A stretch of 64,000 nucleotides of DNA, taken from Octopus vulgaris (Eukaryota). The notes beneath the pieces are model-generated. The model made no database searches. It saw nothing but the letters and a program-made list of their open reading frames with translations, and was not told the origin of the DNA. Numbering within the stretch: position 1 is the stretch's first letter; every line of letters begins with the position of its first letter. The DNA is taken from NCBI GenBank assembly GCA_951406725.2, contig OX597815.1, positions 128,216,001 to 128,280,000 on the forward strand. The letters run 5' to 3'. A program made the translations under genes and the position numbers. Below are positions 50,084 to 63,040 of the stretch, piece after piece.

Positions 50084-51749
50084 GAAGAAATTAATTCATT
50101 AAGTTTACCAAATTATTATACGTCTGTAAAAAAAAAAAAGTTTCACAAATTATATACGTTCGCGTTTGTGTAAAAAAAATTATTAACCAAGTTTTATAAA
50201 TTATTTACTTTGTTCAAAAAATATTATTAATATTAATTAATTTTCAAGAATTATTTAATTTATATAATTAATTCATTAATTTTATTCTGTAAAATAGTAA
50301 TTAATTCATTTCTCTGTAAATCCGCGAGGAAAGCGACTATGTAATTTTTTGTGTAAAATTGAAAATGTTATATATACACACACACACACACACACATATA
50401 TTTTTAGTGAAATCCAACACCTTTTTTGGGGGGGGGGGGGTTAACGCGCACGCGCGAATTCTGCACTGCGCATGCGCAAGTCACCTCGTAGGATCTCGAG
50501 TATCGAGTACCTACGTCTGACGCGCGCGCGCGCGCGAATTCGCGTGTGCAAAACCGGGACCACGACAATTGACAAGTACCGTTTGAAATTATGTAATATA
50601 TATGTAGTGGATGAAATAAAAGCAAATATTATATTTAAGTAAATATCGAGCAAACGATTAGAGCAGGTAAGAAGAAATATTAATAAGTCATTCTGTATCG
50701 CATACATAGTAGTCGACTTCAGACAAAGGCGATTTACAGAAAGAATATGAATAATTTTGCTTTTACAAACAGATATATGAAATGCATTTTACTCGGCGAA
50801 GACAATTTTACTGATAAAATAATATTTATTATTATTATTGAGGAAAAAAGGAGAGAAAAAAGCGATATACAAGTACCTAGAAAAGATGTAATAGGAAAGC
50901 TCTCAGTGACAAACAGCAGATGAGTCAATGTCGGGATGTGGCAAGGTCTCTTACAACGTTCACAAATCTTTAGGCCCCCACACTGCCTTCATAAATAGCT
51001 TGTTACTAATAATTAAAGTAACATTTTTCATGCCGTTGTTAACTAAGTTAGCTAGTTAAGCGTGCTATCGGCAATTTAATTTTTTTAGCTTATAAATATC
51101 TACCGAAATTTTTTTTTTAAGTGTGAGTGAACATGTATTTTTTTTAATTGATAAATAAAAATTAGAGCAGCAGTTTTCGTAAATGTCTAACACAGCAAGA
51201 TTTGGCATTTACCATGGCCTTTCCGTTAACCCATACTTGAAAAAAAAATAAATGCTTAATAATCTATTTATATCTTATTAGCGATGTTATATATTTTTTC
51301 CTTTGGGAACTATACATATTTAAGGAATTCGGGATGTTTAACGGGAACATTTATCGCTTTACCAATTCTTGTTCACTGATTCAATTCCATTGATTTGTCA
51401 ACAAAAGAAAATATCTGTGAAGCACTGAAGCTTAAATGATTTAACAAAGAAAGATAAAATACGTATCAGACGAAAAATAACATTTTTTGAAGCCTTATTT
51501 CGGGCAAAATTCTCGACGAATGAATTCCACAATCTGATTTCGTTTCTCAGTTGTCAAAAGTTCACTCAACTAAAGCTTGCTTGCAATTACCATTGAGAAA
51601 AACATAAATGCCATAACTTTCTCCTTTTCCTCTTCTCAAACCTGAGTTATGGTATATAATAAGGAACCATTATTGATGCCATATGCGTTCACTGTATGAA
51701 GTTGAGCTTAGCAATAAAAACAGTACATATTTATTCAGTGAAAGCTACA

Positions 51750-51802
<53 letters not shown>

Positions 51803-52364
51803 GGAAATATATTTAAAAAGAATGGAAGCTACCCTGTTAGTTTGCAATTAGTCAATGAAAACCATCTCCAAAGATTCAACCCAAAATAAAGTAATTTATA
51901 TTTCATAATTCGTGGTAATTTTCTCATTCTTATCCTCTTGCTTTGTAAAAGTGTGCCAAGAGATTATGGACAAATTTCTGAAAGAATCAATGAAGATTAA
52001 GTGACTGTTCTTATGTAGTGGCCTACTAAAATACAATACTATTATTTATCCAGAAGGCTGCCAATAATGAACCAATTTCGTTCAAGGAATAAATGATACA
52101 CCAGCATCACTTGAGCATTAGTGAATTTAGGTCAAAGCAGCTATGATTAAAAAATACATTTTTCTTTCTTTAAGTTATAGGTACATTCCTTTCCTTGAAA
52201 TACTATATATGAAATAATTCAAGCTGTTTTAGCATCAATTTCACTAGTTATGTTTTTTGAAGCATTTCATTTTATTTTAATCTCTGGATAAAATAATGAA
52301 CAGCTTATATATCAATAGACAAGAATGTAAGGTTCTCAATGTGAATTTATGCATTGAAATAAAC

Positions 52365-52668
52365 TTTGTTATATCTCAGAAGGGTCATTAGGCCATTAAT
52401 AAACACACACTGGTTTTATTTCACTTATAATTCATTAACATTCAACCAGTTAACTAATTGATTGTTTGATTAATTATTCAGTCAGTCAATCAACCAGGTT
52501 TGTCAAAGTCCTTTCATTACCATTCATGACTTCATCAATGACATGCCCTCTATTCCAGGTCTGCTTCAGACAAATGTTAACTAACTGATGAATGATAACA
52601 AAAGAAGTGAAACAGAACTACTGCATTTGTTTATTATTGGCATAATGACCCTCCTGAAATACAACAAA
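52365..52668. mobile_element. Old MITE-like inverted repeat
   Basis: TTTGTTATATCTCAGAAGGGTCATTAGGCCATTAATAAACA...TTTCACTT is the imperfect reverse complement of AAGTGAAA...TGTTTATTATTGGCATAATGACCCTCCTGAAATACAACAAA. Confidence 0.65.
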
Positions 52669-53224
52669 ATAAGCAAGTAATCTACCAATTTTAGATACAA
52701 CATTTCTATGGAGATTGTATGCAAAAAAGAAAAAAGTAAAAGATGGTCAAGTGCTGGACACTCCTGGGAAATGTCAGCAGTTCTTTCCCAATCATTGTTG
52801 GATAACTATCCATAACAAGCAGTGGCAGCATTGTGATATTGGTAAGTCTTTTGTGAGGTTGCAATAAGTAAAGCCATTAGAAATTGCAGGTAGAGCCAAG
52901 AGAGAGATGTGGTTTTGGTAGATAGAAATTCTGTGGACGTTTGTGTGAGTATATGTGTGTATATGCATGTTTGTGTGTGTGTGTCTTGCCACTTTATAAC
53001 TGAAGTTGCTTTGTCTACATACTTGTAACTAAGCAGTTTGGCAAAAAGAAACTAATGGAACAAGAACCAGGTTTTAAAATAAGTACTGGAGTCAATTGGA
53101 TCAACTCAACCGTTTAAAGTAGTGCTACAGCATAGCCACAGTCCAATGACTGGGACCAGTTAAAAACCTAAAAGACTAAATGTCAACTCTTTTTACTCAC
53201 TACTAAAAATTTTAATTTTCATAC

Positions 53225-53690
53225 ATGCTGGTGCCCTGTAAAATACACCTGAGCTGGTGCCGTGTAAATAGCACCCATGCCAGTACCACATAGGAGGTAC
53301 CTGTGCTAGTGCCACATATAAAGTACTCTTGTTAGTGCCATGTAAAAAGCACATGTACCAGTATCATGTAAAAAGCACCCACACTCATGCCATGCAAAAA
53401 GCATCTGTGCTGGTCCATGTAAAAGTACCTGTGCTGAAGCCACATCAGAAGCACCTGTGATGGTGCCACATAAAAGGCACCTGTACAAGTTCCACATATG
53501 AAGCACTCATGCTGGTGGTATGTAAAAAGCACCCAGTACACTCTGTAAAGTGGTTGATGTTAAGAATGGCATCCAGCCATAGAAACCATACCAAAACAGA
53601 CAACTGGAGCCTGGTGCAGCTCTCTGGCTGGACAGCTCCTGTCAAACTGTCCAAACCATACCAGCATGGAAAACAGACGTTAAATGATCG
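53225..53690 (+). mobile_element. RTE LINE 3'UTR fragment with ~22-bp minisatellite expansion
   Basis: About 14 degenerate TGCTGGTGCCATGTAAAAAGCACC units followed by the shared tail. Confidence 0.8.
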
Positions 53691-54719
53691 TCATGGTCAT
53701 CATCATCATCATCATTCTTCATCCAATCATGCCTATATCTTTCTTTATTTTTAGCCATCAAATAATTTGAGGGGCATATGGCCTGACTCATTTTCTTGTG
53801 CTTCTTGATTTTTGTAGCTCAAGCAAGGTTGTGTTGTGAAGAAGTATACTTCCCAACCACATGGTTTTGGGTTCCGTCCCACTGTGTGACACCTTGCACA
53901 AGTGTCTTCTGTTATAGCTCCAGGCTAACAAAGCTTTTTGACTGTGTGGTAAGAAGTTTACTTCCCATCAACATGCTTCCGAGTTCAATCCCACTGCATG
54001 ACACTTTGGCACAAGTGTCTTCTACTATAGCCTTGGGTCAACCAAAACCTTGTGAGTGGATTTTGGTAGACAGAAACTGAAAGAAGCCTGTCGTGCACAC
54101 GCACGCGTGTGTTTGTCCCCACCACTGTTTGACAACCAGTGCTAGTGTGTTTACATTCCCATAACTTTGCAGTTTGACTAAAAGAGCAAGATAGAATAAG
54201 TATCGGGCTTAGAAGAAACTACTTGGGTGGAGGCCATTCATTCAACTAAAATTCCTCAAGATGATGCCCCAGCATGGATGCAGTCTAATGACTGCAACAA
54301 GTGAAAGATAATGATAAAAGATATGTGTATGCATGAATGTGTGTATATGTTTGTGTATCCTTGCCTTCACATTATGTGATAGTTGTAAGCAAGTACTTCC
54401 ATCATATAAAAGTTATCCTTCCTTTCTAGTCATGTGTGATTGTGTAAACAAGCGCAGCCATGGGGAAGTATTACCTTACTTGGAAACAGATGAGGGTTGG
54501 TGACAGGAAAGGCATCTAGCCATAAAGAATCTACCTCAACAAATTCCATCTTACCCATGCAAGCATGAAAAAGTGGACATTTAAATGATGACGACGACGA
54601 TGATGATGATGTGGCTCTTATTCAAGTATTATAACATATTGTGTTCTTACTTAAACTCAAAACAAAGAATTGAATTGAACAAGAAAAATTTTATGATTTG
54701 CATTTTATAATACATTTTC

Positions 54720-55050
54720 ATCATCATCCTCATCATCATCATCATCATCATCATTATCATCATCATCATTTAATGTCCACTTTCCATGCTAGCATGGGTT
54801 GGACGATTTGACTGAGGTCTGGCAAACCAGATGGCTGCATCAGACTCCAATCTGATCTGGCAGAGTTTCTACAGCTGGATGCCCTTCCTAACGCCAACCA
54901 CTCTGAGAGTGTAGTGGGTGCTTTTACGTGTCACTGGCATGAGGGCCAGTCAGGCAGTACTGGCAACGGCCACGCTCAAATGGTGCTTTTTACATACCAC
55001 CTGCACAGGAGCCAGTCCAGCGGCACTGGCAATGACCTTGATCGAATGTT
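54720..55050 (-). mobile_element. RTE LINE 3'UTR fragment with expanded (CAT)n tail
   Basis: Near-identical to 19500-19790. Confidence 0.85.
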
Positions 55051-58000
55051 TTTTTTATTTAAATTTTACTTGTTAAATTTAATTAGATGAAAGATGAAAC
55101 AACTATTCATTTTATCATCTTTCTTCCTCTTTTTCTTTTTTCTTTTCTTTTTTTCCCCTTCTTTGCTCATGTTTGTTTTCTTCAGTTTGGGATTTGTATT
55201 TTAATGTGGTTTTGTATTAAATATGTATCATATACTTATGTGTTTATATATGTAACTATTAGACTCAAATCTTATTAATCAAAGTTGATTGCCAGCTCAG
55301 TACCAAAATTTTACCTTCCCTGTAAAAGAGTACCATGCTTGTAGCATGTGTGACCCTTACTCAACACTGCTATGCAACAAATTACTCAATTATGCTGTGA
55401 TTGCAGTAATAAACTGTATCACTGAGTTTTCCAATCATATTTCTTATAATAAGCTAATAATTACTAATAACTACTGAAATTGTTTTTGCAGTTACTGCTG
55501 TTATTATTTGCCAGAGTCAGTAGAGCATCAGGTCTGATAAAATACCTTGCAGTATTTGTTCTGACTGCATACAATCTGTTTACAAGTCCCATCAAGGTCA
55601 TCTTTGTCTTCCATTCTTCAAGGGACAATAAAATAAAGTACCAGTCAAATATTATGGTTTATAGTGCTGACTAACACACCCTAACTTCAGGCCTTGTGCC
55701 TATATTAGAAACACATAAAGTAGTGAGTTGGTAAAATCATTAGCACATCAGGAAAAATGCTTAATAATATTTCTCCCAGCTCTTTATGTTTTTAGTTCAA
55801 ATTCCACTGAGGATAAGTTTACTTTTCATCCTTTTTGGAATTTTGAGCAAATAAAGTACCAGTCAAGCACTGGGGATGATGTAATCAATTCACTCCCTCC
55901 TCGAAAATTGCAGCCTGAGTGCCTATCATTGAATAAAATAAATCATTATTATTATTTATTGTATCTATATGTCTTTGTCAAGAAACCTTATTCTTTCTCT
56001 CTCCATCCCACCCTTTCTGAGCTTTGTTGGTCAAGCACTGTTTAGCAAACATGGCTCTACTTCCTGCTCCAATATCCTATCATGATAAGTATAACCAGCC
56101 ATAATTATACCAATTAACCCTAACCAATAGTCTACTGTATGCTCCTCAAAAAACCCCTTTCAACTTTATTTAAGCTAACCAATCTTCCTTTCACCACATT
56201 ATTCGATAACGAAGTACTTCATTTCCATCAAACTGCTCTCAATCACTTTTGTTTTTTTCTTTCTCAAGCTCTCTCCTAATTAAGCATCACTTAATACTTG
56301 GTAATCAACAAATTTCTCATAAAGGAAATCAAAATCAATGCCTTCTAAATATTTTACATGTTGCATAAAGCCTGTTTTGACATTGACCCAGACAGTATTG
56401 TGAATCAATTCATCACTGAAGGAGAATTTTTGAATGATATAAGCCAATGGTTGTTTAGTGAGGATAGTCACTAGTTTATAGTATGAAAGTGTTTGTAGAA
56501 AAGTCCAGTAAATAAGCTTTTGAGAGGTATGTGTAAATAAATATCAGAAGGCAGTTTTTAAACATATAATTTAATTTATCAAATTATCACAAGAGCTAAC
56601 AAGTAGTAAGAGTGTAACCTCTGTGTGTATCAGGGAAAGCTTTATAGCTTAAGTTTGAAAAATAGATTTAGTTGGAAGTTGTCATAAGCTAACAGAAATG
56701 GAGTTAGCTTAAACAAAAATGTACCACTCATAATATGGCAGAGTTGTGGCTGATGTCATCCAGAATTTCTTGGACTGAAGTGGGCATAAATGAAATAGGC
56801 TGCTCATGATGTGGCAAGTCAAGAGCCGATATTATTCAGAGTTGGCTACACAACGTTGGTGTGAAAAATGAAGTTATTCCATGTTGAAAGTGAGATGTTG
56901 CTCAACTGCCATCTATCTGGTAACTGGTTGAAATGTGTGCTTCACTTCATGAGCAGAGAACTAACTCTAGTATTCATACATTCCCAGCCCTGATTGACTG
57001 AAGGATGCCATAGCACAACAGTGCTACGATGTGACAACTAAAATAGCTTCCCTGACATGCTACAGTGTCCCCTGCTCACACTACAAGTCGATACAAGCAA
57101 CAGTAATTCAGCAAGAAAAAAAGGAAGATAAAATGCAAAACAGAATACTCAAACAAGGGGGAAAAAATGAATACATCAAGAAAAACAATATTACAAATGC
57201 AAGAAAAGGCAAGTATACAAAAAGTGAGAAAATGATAGGCATTTAGGGCAAGTTCATATATATATATACAGTCTTGCAAAATTTCTTGGGCCAATGGACA
57301 CGAAGACCACTACAAGTGTAAAACTACTAGGAAAGAAGATCTGATTGAGAATATATGTATGTACCATATGTCAGGTGAGTACAGCCAAATGTATGAGTGT
57401 GAATGACTGAGTGAACGATTCCTACATAATCATAAACATGTACAACAGTGGATCAATGTAGTGTCTGTCAGTGGGTCAGTAGTTGCACATTTATGTGCAC
57501 TTGAATATGGGTTGTACAATCTTTACTAGTGGGTTGGTATAAGGAAAGAATGCAGTTATTTCCAAGCTTAGGAACACATGCAGCTGAAGTCAGATAGGAT
57601 CCTCTAACTTAGTGATTTTTATGTATACTGCTAGCAATCAATGTTCTTGCTAAGTGCATGTGTGCACATTGTGCATGTGCTAGGTAGTGCTTGATTTCAT
57701 GTGTGTATACCAAATGTATGTGATGTATACATGACAATGTGTGTGATACATTCATGGTTAAATGTATGTGTGAGTGAGCAGAAAGAAGGTGAAATCAGTA
57801 AGAAAAATATTTTTTGATGAAGAAAACAAATCAGTTTTTTTTCTGTTTTTTAAGAAAAAAATTTTACTGCAATGTTGAAAGCATTTATTGACTTAATCTC
57901 ATTCTTATCTCTTGAGCCAATGGAAATGGTGTAAGAATGTCTGTTTGTTCAGGTGTTGTTAGAAACTCAAAGTGAGCTGATGTGGGGCATTTGGTGCCGA

Positions 58001-59487
58001 CCAAGTCATTTTTGAAGATGAACAACAAAGAAAACAAAATGAAGAGAAACTTACTGGTTGTGTTGGTTGGTATCAGTGATGTTGCATGCAGTATACTGGA
58101 ATCTCAGTGGTGTTGCTGAAGACATTTATGTTCTGAGAAACAGTGTAGTGTATTTGAAGCATGACCATCAGTGTCTCAACAGCAGATGCAGTAGCAGTTT
58201 GGGCAAAGCTACATTGACAGTGAAAAATTGGCCACAGAGAAAAAATTCTCTGAGGTACATCAGCATTGTGTCATTGAACTTCCTTGATGTTGATAAGCTG
58301 CATAGCATTCTTGATGAAATGGTGCACTGACATCTCAGCAGTGTTTTTGAACTTGCCAAGCTGCATAATATTCTTCAGAGTTCTCAGTGAGCTGTTTGTA
58401 GTTTAGGTTGTATACTATTCTTTTCTTTAGGATTACTAATGTTATGGTGTCACCAAGAAATTTCTGTGAGGATCAACAGGGTAACAATCTGGTATTGAGT
58501 TGATGACAATCAAATGAACACAAATTCTGTAGAGATTTTAAATGAAAGAATATTAATTTCTTCACTGTTAAAAAATTTGGGATGTTTCTTATATGAATGA
58601 TTGAATAGTTATTTACACAGCAATAAATGAGACAAGGAGGCAAGTGGTTGTGTCTGGTAGCATGATAGTAGCCTACTGGAATGAAATGGTTGATACTAGG
58701 AGTTAGCTACTGCCACCAGTGATTCCACTGCCATTGTTGTCATCATCAACATCCCTGTTATTCATTGTTTCAATTGTCAGAGACACTGTGTTAAATATAT
58801 ACTTGATTTTCTTGTCAGAATAAATACATCAAAGATGAAATTTTGTCCCACCAGAAGTCTGAATGGTTAGTGTTTTGATGATGCCAGCAAAATTTAAGCA
58901 AATTGCATTCATGTCTCAGACAGTGATCCAAGTTCAATTAATTTCTAGGCGCTTTGTGATGGCCAAAATATTTCACACACACACACACACACACACATGC
59001 ATGCATATATGTGTATGTAGGTACAGGCATGGTTTTGTAGTAAGAAGTTTGCTTCCCAGCCACATGGCTTTTGGGTTCAGTCCTTTTGCATGGCACCTTG
59101 GGTAAGTGTCTTCAATTATAGTCCTGGGCATACTAAAGCTTTGTGAGTGGATTTCATTGATAGAAACTGAAAGAAGTCTATTTTGTCTGTGTGTGTGTGT
59201 GTGTGTGTGTGTTATGTGTGTGTGTGTGTGTGTGTGTATGTGTTATGTATGTGTAAATGCTGCCTCGACCTGACTTTGCATGATAGTTATGAATGAGTGT
59301 CACCATCATGCAGGTGGTACCCTTCATTTCCAATCTTCCATGGAAACATGTCTAGCCATGGGGAGTATTGCTTGGAAACAGGTGAGGTATGGTAACAGGA
59401 AAAGCACCCAGCTGTAACAAATCTGCCTTTAAAAATTCATTGTGATTCATGTGAGCATAGAAAAGTAGATGTTAAATGATGATGATG

Positions 59488-59518
<31 letters not shown>

Positions 59519-59965
59519 TCAAAAGAAGAAAATGGAGATTGGGAAGTTAATAATTGTTTAATATTAACAGCAAATTGGTCATATTCACTACAGCGTTTCT
59601 ATGAATATTCAATAAACATTAAAATTACATTTCTGTGACATGAGTGTAATATCATCAGAGGGAAAAAGATGTACCTTTGGATGCTATATGTGTGTTTGTG
59701 AATTCATTTCAGCAGACTGAATGTTACGGTTTATTATTTATATTATTATATGCTCGAGTGAGGGGTTTACTGGTTGATTAGATAAATACATCACTAGCCA
59801 CTAAAGCTTTTTTTATTCTCTCTCTATTTATTTTCTCATGTTCTTTTCTGTTGGAGAGTGTAGGCTTGAAACGTAAAAGACTTTCTCACCTTCCCAAGCG
59901 TTAAACTAATACACTTGTTTGTTGTTTACACACCAGTCTTCACCTTCTGTTTTTTTGTAAATTCC

Positions 59966-59968
<3 letters not shown>

Positions 59969-60024
<56 letters not shown>
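59969..60024. repeat. (TA)n microsatellite
   Basis: Pure TA run of ~28 units directly 5' of the RTE LINE. Confidence 0.95.
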
Positions 60025-60028
<4 letters not shown>

Positions 60029-62428
60029 GTATTTCGTGTTGCAAGACAGTGTGTGAGAGAGAATCGTGATGTGGTAGGAGAGAAATGTGTTCGCATGGAT
60101 GATGGTTCACTTATGCTAAATGAGGATGCAAAGAGAGAAGTTTGGAGATGCCACTATGAAAGGTTGCTGAATAAAGAAAATGATGGGATAAAGAGAGTCT
60201 GCCGAATGTCGACCCAACAGAGGGACCAGCTATCCGAGTTGACAGTTCTTTGGTAGTTAAGGCAATTAGAAGCATGAAGACAGGGAAAGCCCCAGGCCCA
60301 TCAGGAATTACTGCAGAGATGCTCAAAATATCTGGCAGTGTCGGCTATAGCCTAGTTACCCGTATAGTTAACCAGGTGATACACGAAGGAGTCATACCCA
60401 ATGACTGGTGTAGCAGCATAATAGTCAACTGCTATAAAGGTAATGCCCTAGATACAAATAATTACAGAGGTATCAAGCTGTTGGATCAGGTAATGAAGGT
60501 TACGGAGAGGGTCATAGCCCAACTGATTAGGGAGAGAGTCAACTTGGACGAGATGCAGTTTGGTTTCGTGCCAGGGAAAAGCACCACTGATGCCATATTT
60601 CTGGTGTGACAGCTGCAGGAGAAATACCTAGCCAAAGATAAACCTCTGTACCTGTCTTTTGTTGACGTGGAGAAAGCCTTTGACAGGGTCCCCCGATCCC
60701 TTATCTGGTGGTCAATGAGGAAACTAGGGATAGATGAATGGTTAGTGAGAGCTGTACAAGCCATGTACAGGGATGCTGTTAGTAAGGTGAGGGTTGGCAA
60801 CGAGTACAGTGAAGAATTCCGGTTAGAGATTGGGGTCTACCAAGGTTCAGTCCTTAGCCCCCTCCTTTTTATCATAGTTATCCAGGCAATAACGGAGGAA
60901 TTCAAGACAGGATGCCCCTGGGAGCTCCTCTATGCTGATGGCCTTGCCCTAATTGCTAAGTCACTATCAGAACTGGAGGAGAGGTTTCAGGTGTGGAAGC
61001 AAGGATTAGAATCAAAGGGCCTTAGAATCAACCTAGCTAAAACCAAAAGTTCTAAGTAGGAAGGTAGACAAATCACAAACACCTTCAGGTAGATGGCCCT
61101 GCTCGATCTGTAGAAAAGGCATAGGTAGAAACTCTATAAGATGCACCAAGTGTAAGCTATGGACACATAAGAGGTGCAGCAATGTCAAAGGAAGGCTAAC
61201 TAGGAAGATAGTTTTTGTATGTGGCAGATGCTCAGGAGCAATAAACACTGAAAATACGCAGCAACCATCTTCCGCCACATTCCAGGGAGAAAAACTAGAA
61301 ATAGTTGATAGCTTCCGTTACCTAGGTGACCAAGTCAGTAGTAGGGGCGGGTTTGCTTAAAGTGTAACTGCTAGAGTAAGAATAGCTTGGGCAAAGTTCA
61401 GAGAGCTCTTACCTCTGCTGGTGACAAAGGGCCTCTCGCTCAGAGTAAAAGGCAGATTGTATGACGCATGTGTATGAACAGCTATGCTACATGACAGTGA
61501 AACATGGGCTGTGACTGCTGAGGATATGCGTAAGCTTGCAAGAAATGAAGCCAGTATGTTCCGATGGATGTGCAATGTCAGTGTTCATACTCGACAGAGT
61601 GTAAGTACTTTGAGAGAAAAGTTGGACCTAAGAAGCATCAGTTGTGGTGTGCAAGAGAGACGTTTGCGCTGGTATGGTCATGTGGTGAGAATGGATGAAG
61701 ATAGTTATGTGAAAAAGTGCCACACCCTAGCAGTTGAGGGAACCTGTGGAAGAGGTAGACCCAGGAAAACCTGGGACGAGGTGGTGAAGCACGACCTTCG
61801 AACTTTAGGTCTCACCGAAGAACTGACTAGTGACCGAAACCTTTGAAAGTATGCTGTACATGAGAAGACCCAGCAGGACAAGTGAGGCCATAATCCCGTG
61901 GCCCCTACCTGGGATGTAGCCAGCCCACTTATGCATTCCTTTCCTTCTTGGGACATAAAACTCCACTTGTGAAGACCTGTTGAGGCAAGTGAAAATCAAA
62001 ATCGTAATCGATCAACATCAATGGAATTTGTAGCTGTGATACCAGTGCTGGTGGCACGTAAGAGAACCATCCGAATGTGGCCATAGCCAGCGTCGCCCTG
62101 ACTGGCCTCTGTGCTGGTGGCACGTAAAAAGCACCATCCGATCGTGGCCGTTGCCAGCTTCATCTGGTCTCTGTGCCGGTGGCACGTAAAAAGCACCATC
62201 CGATTGTGGCCGTTAGCCAGCCTCATCTGGCACCTGTGCCGGTGGCACGTAAAAAGCACCCACTACACTCACAGAGTGGTTGGCGTTAGGAAGGGCATCC
62301 AGCTGTAGAAACACTGCCAGATCAGACTGGGCCTGGTGCAGCCTTCTGGCTTCCCAGGCCCCAGTTGAACTGTCCAACCCATGCTAGCATGGAAAGCGGA
62401 TGTTAAACGCCGATGATGATTATGATGA
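60025..62428 (+). mobile_element. RTE-clade LINE, 5'-truncated, with frameshifts and stops
   Basis: GKAPGPSGITAEML, NYRGIKLL, QFGFVPGKSTTDAIF, DVEKAFDRV, YADG(D), PHD insert, RGRPRKTW; 3'UTR ending in GATGATGATTATGATGA; flanked by (TA)n on both sides. Confidence 0.95.
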
Positions 62429-62484
62429 TATATATATATATATATATACACACACACGCATACACACACACACATACACACATA

Positions 62485-62996
62485 TCAGTATATATAAAAG
62501 GCAGGTGGTGTGTGTGTGTTTGTGAATGTAATTTATGCACATCCACAAATTAGCACGCATGTTGCTCCAATTTTAGGAGGATATTCGTCATGATCCTAGC
62601 TGTATTTTTACCAGAGGCACCAGCAAATAGCAGTAAAAATAAATTTTCAAGTCAGAAATCACCATTGTTTGCAAACAGGAGTCAAGTCCTCTTCTAGTGA
62701 CGAGTAGGTTTTTGTTAAGACTTTTGTTGTTTTTTTTCCATCGAAGAAAAAAGTGTTTTGTTGATATATGGGAAAAACACACAAACGAACATGTATGCAT
62801 ACAAAAAACATGTATACCATAGGTGTAATTACGTACATGTGTGTATGTGTGTGTTACCCATATATATATATATAAACCAATTCAACAGATTTCCCCCAAA
62901 TTTGATGTTGATGTTACTTAGTTTGGTTTGAAATAAAGAACTTGATTAGCTTAATAACCCTAACTTAATCCTGTGCAAAGCCGGGTTATACTGCTA

Positions 62997-62997
<1 letters not shown>
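62485..62997 (+). mobile_element. Non-autonomous Helitron-like element
   Basis: A|TCAGTATATATAAAA 5' end; 3' GC hairpin CCTGTGCAAAGCCGGG 8 nt before CTAG|T; inserted in an AT dinucleotide with no TSD. Confidence 0.7.

Positions 62998-63039
<42 letters not shown>

Positions 63040-63040
<1 letters not shown>

Larger units (their letters stand above)
47699..50580. mobile_element. Non-autonomous foldback/Mutator-like (MULE) DNA transposon with ~1.26-kb terminal inverted repeats
   Basis: Left arm 47699-48959 is the reverse complement of right arm 49286-50580; termini GGTACTTGTC...GACAAGTACC; exact 9-bp direct repeat GTTTGAAAT at 47690-47698 and 50581-50589; 326-bp spacer without a transposase ORF. 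Confidence 0.9.

Noticed and set aside
53225-53535. ~22-bp repeat array superficially like CRISPR (also 21960-22140)
   Set aside because: Degenerate head-to-tail units without unique spacers, contiguous with a LINE 3' tail, in eukaryotic context with no cas genes.
56500-58960. Unique-looking region with short ORFs, a donor (CAG|GTGAGT about 57374) and an acceptor (about 57952)
   Set aside because: No recognisable protein similarity or consistent frame; a gene cannot be supported from sequence alone.
59585-59662. Minus-strand CTGATGA...GAAACGCTGTA hammerhead-like arrangement
   Set aside because: Stem I does not pair and stem II is long and unstructured; at best a decayed remnant.
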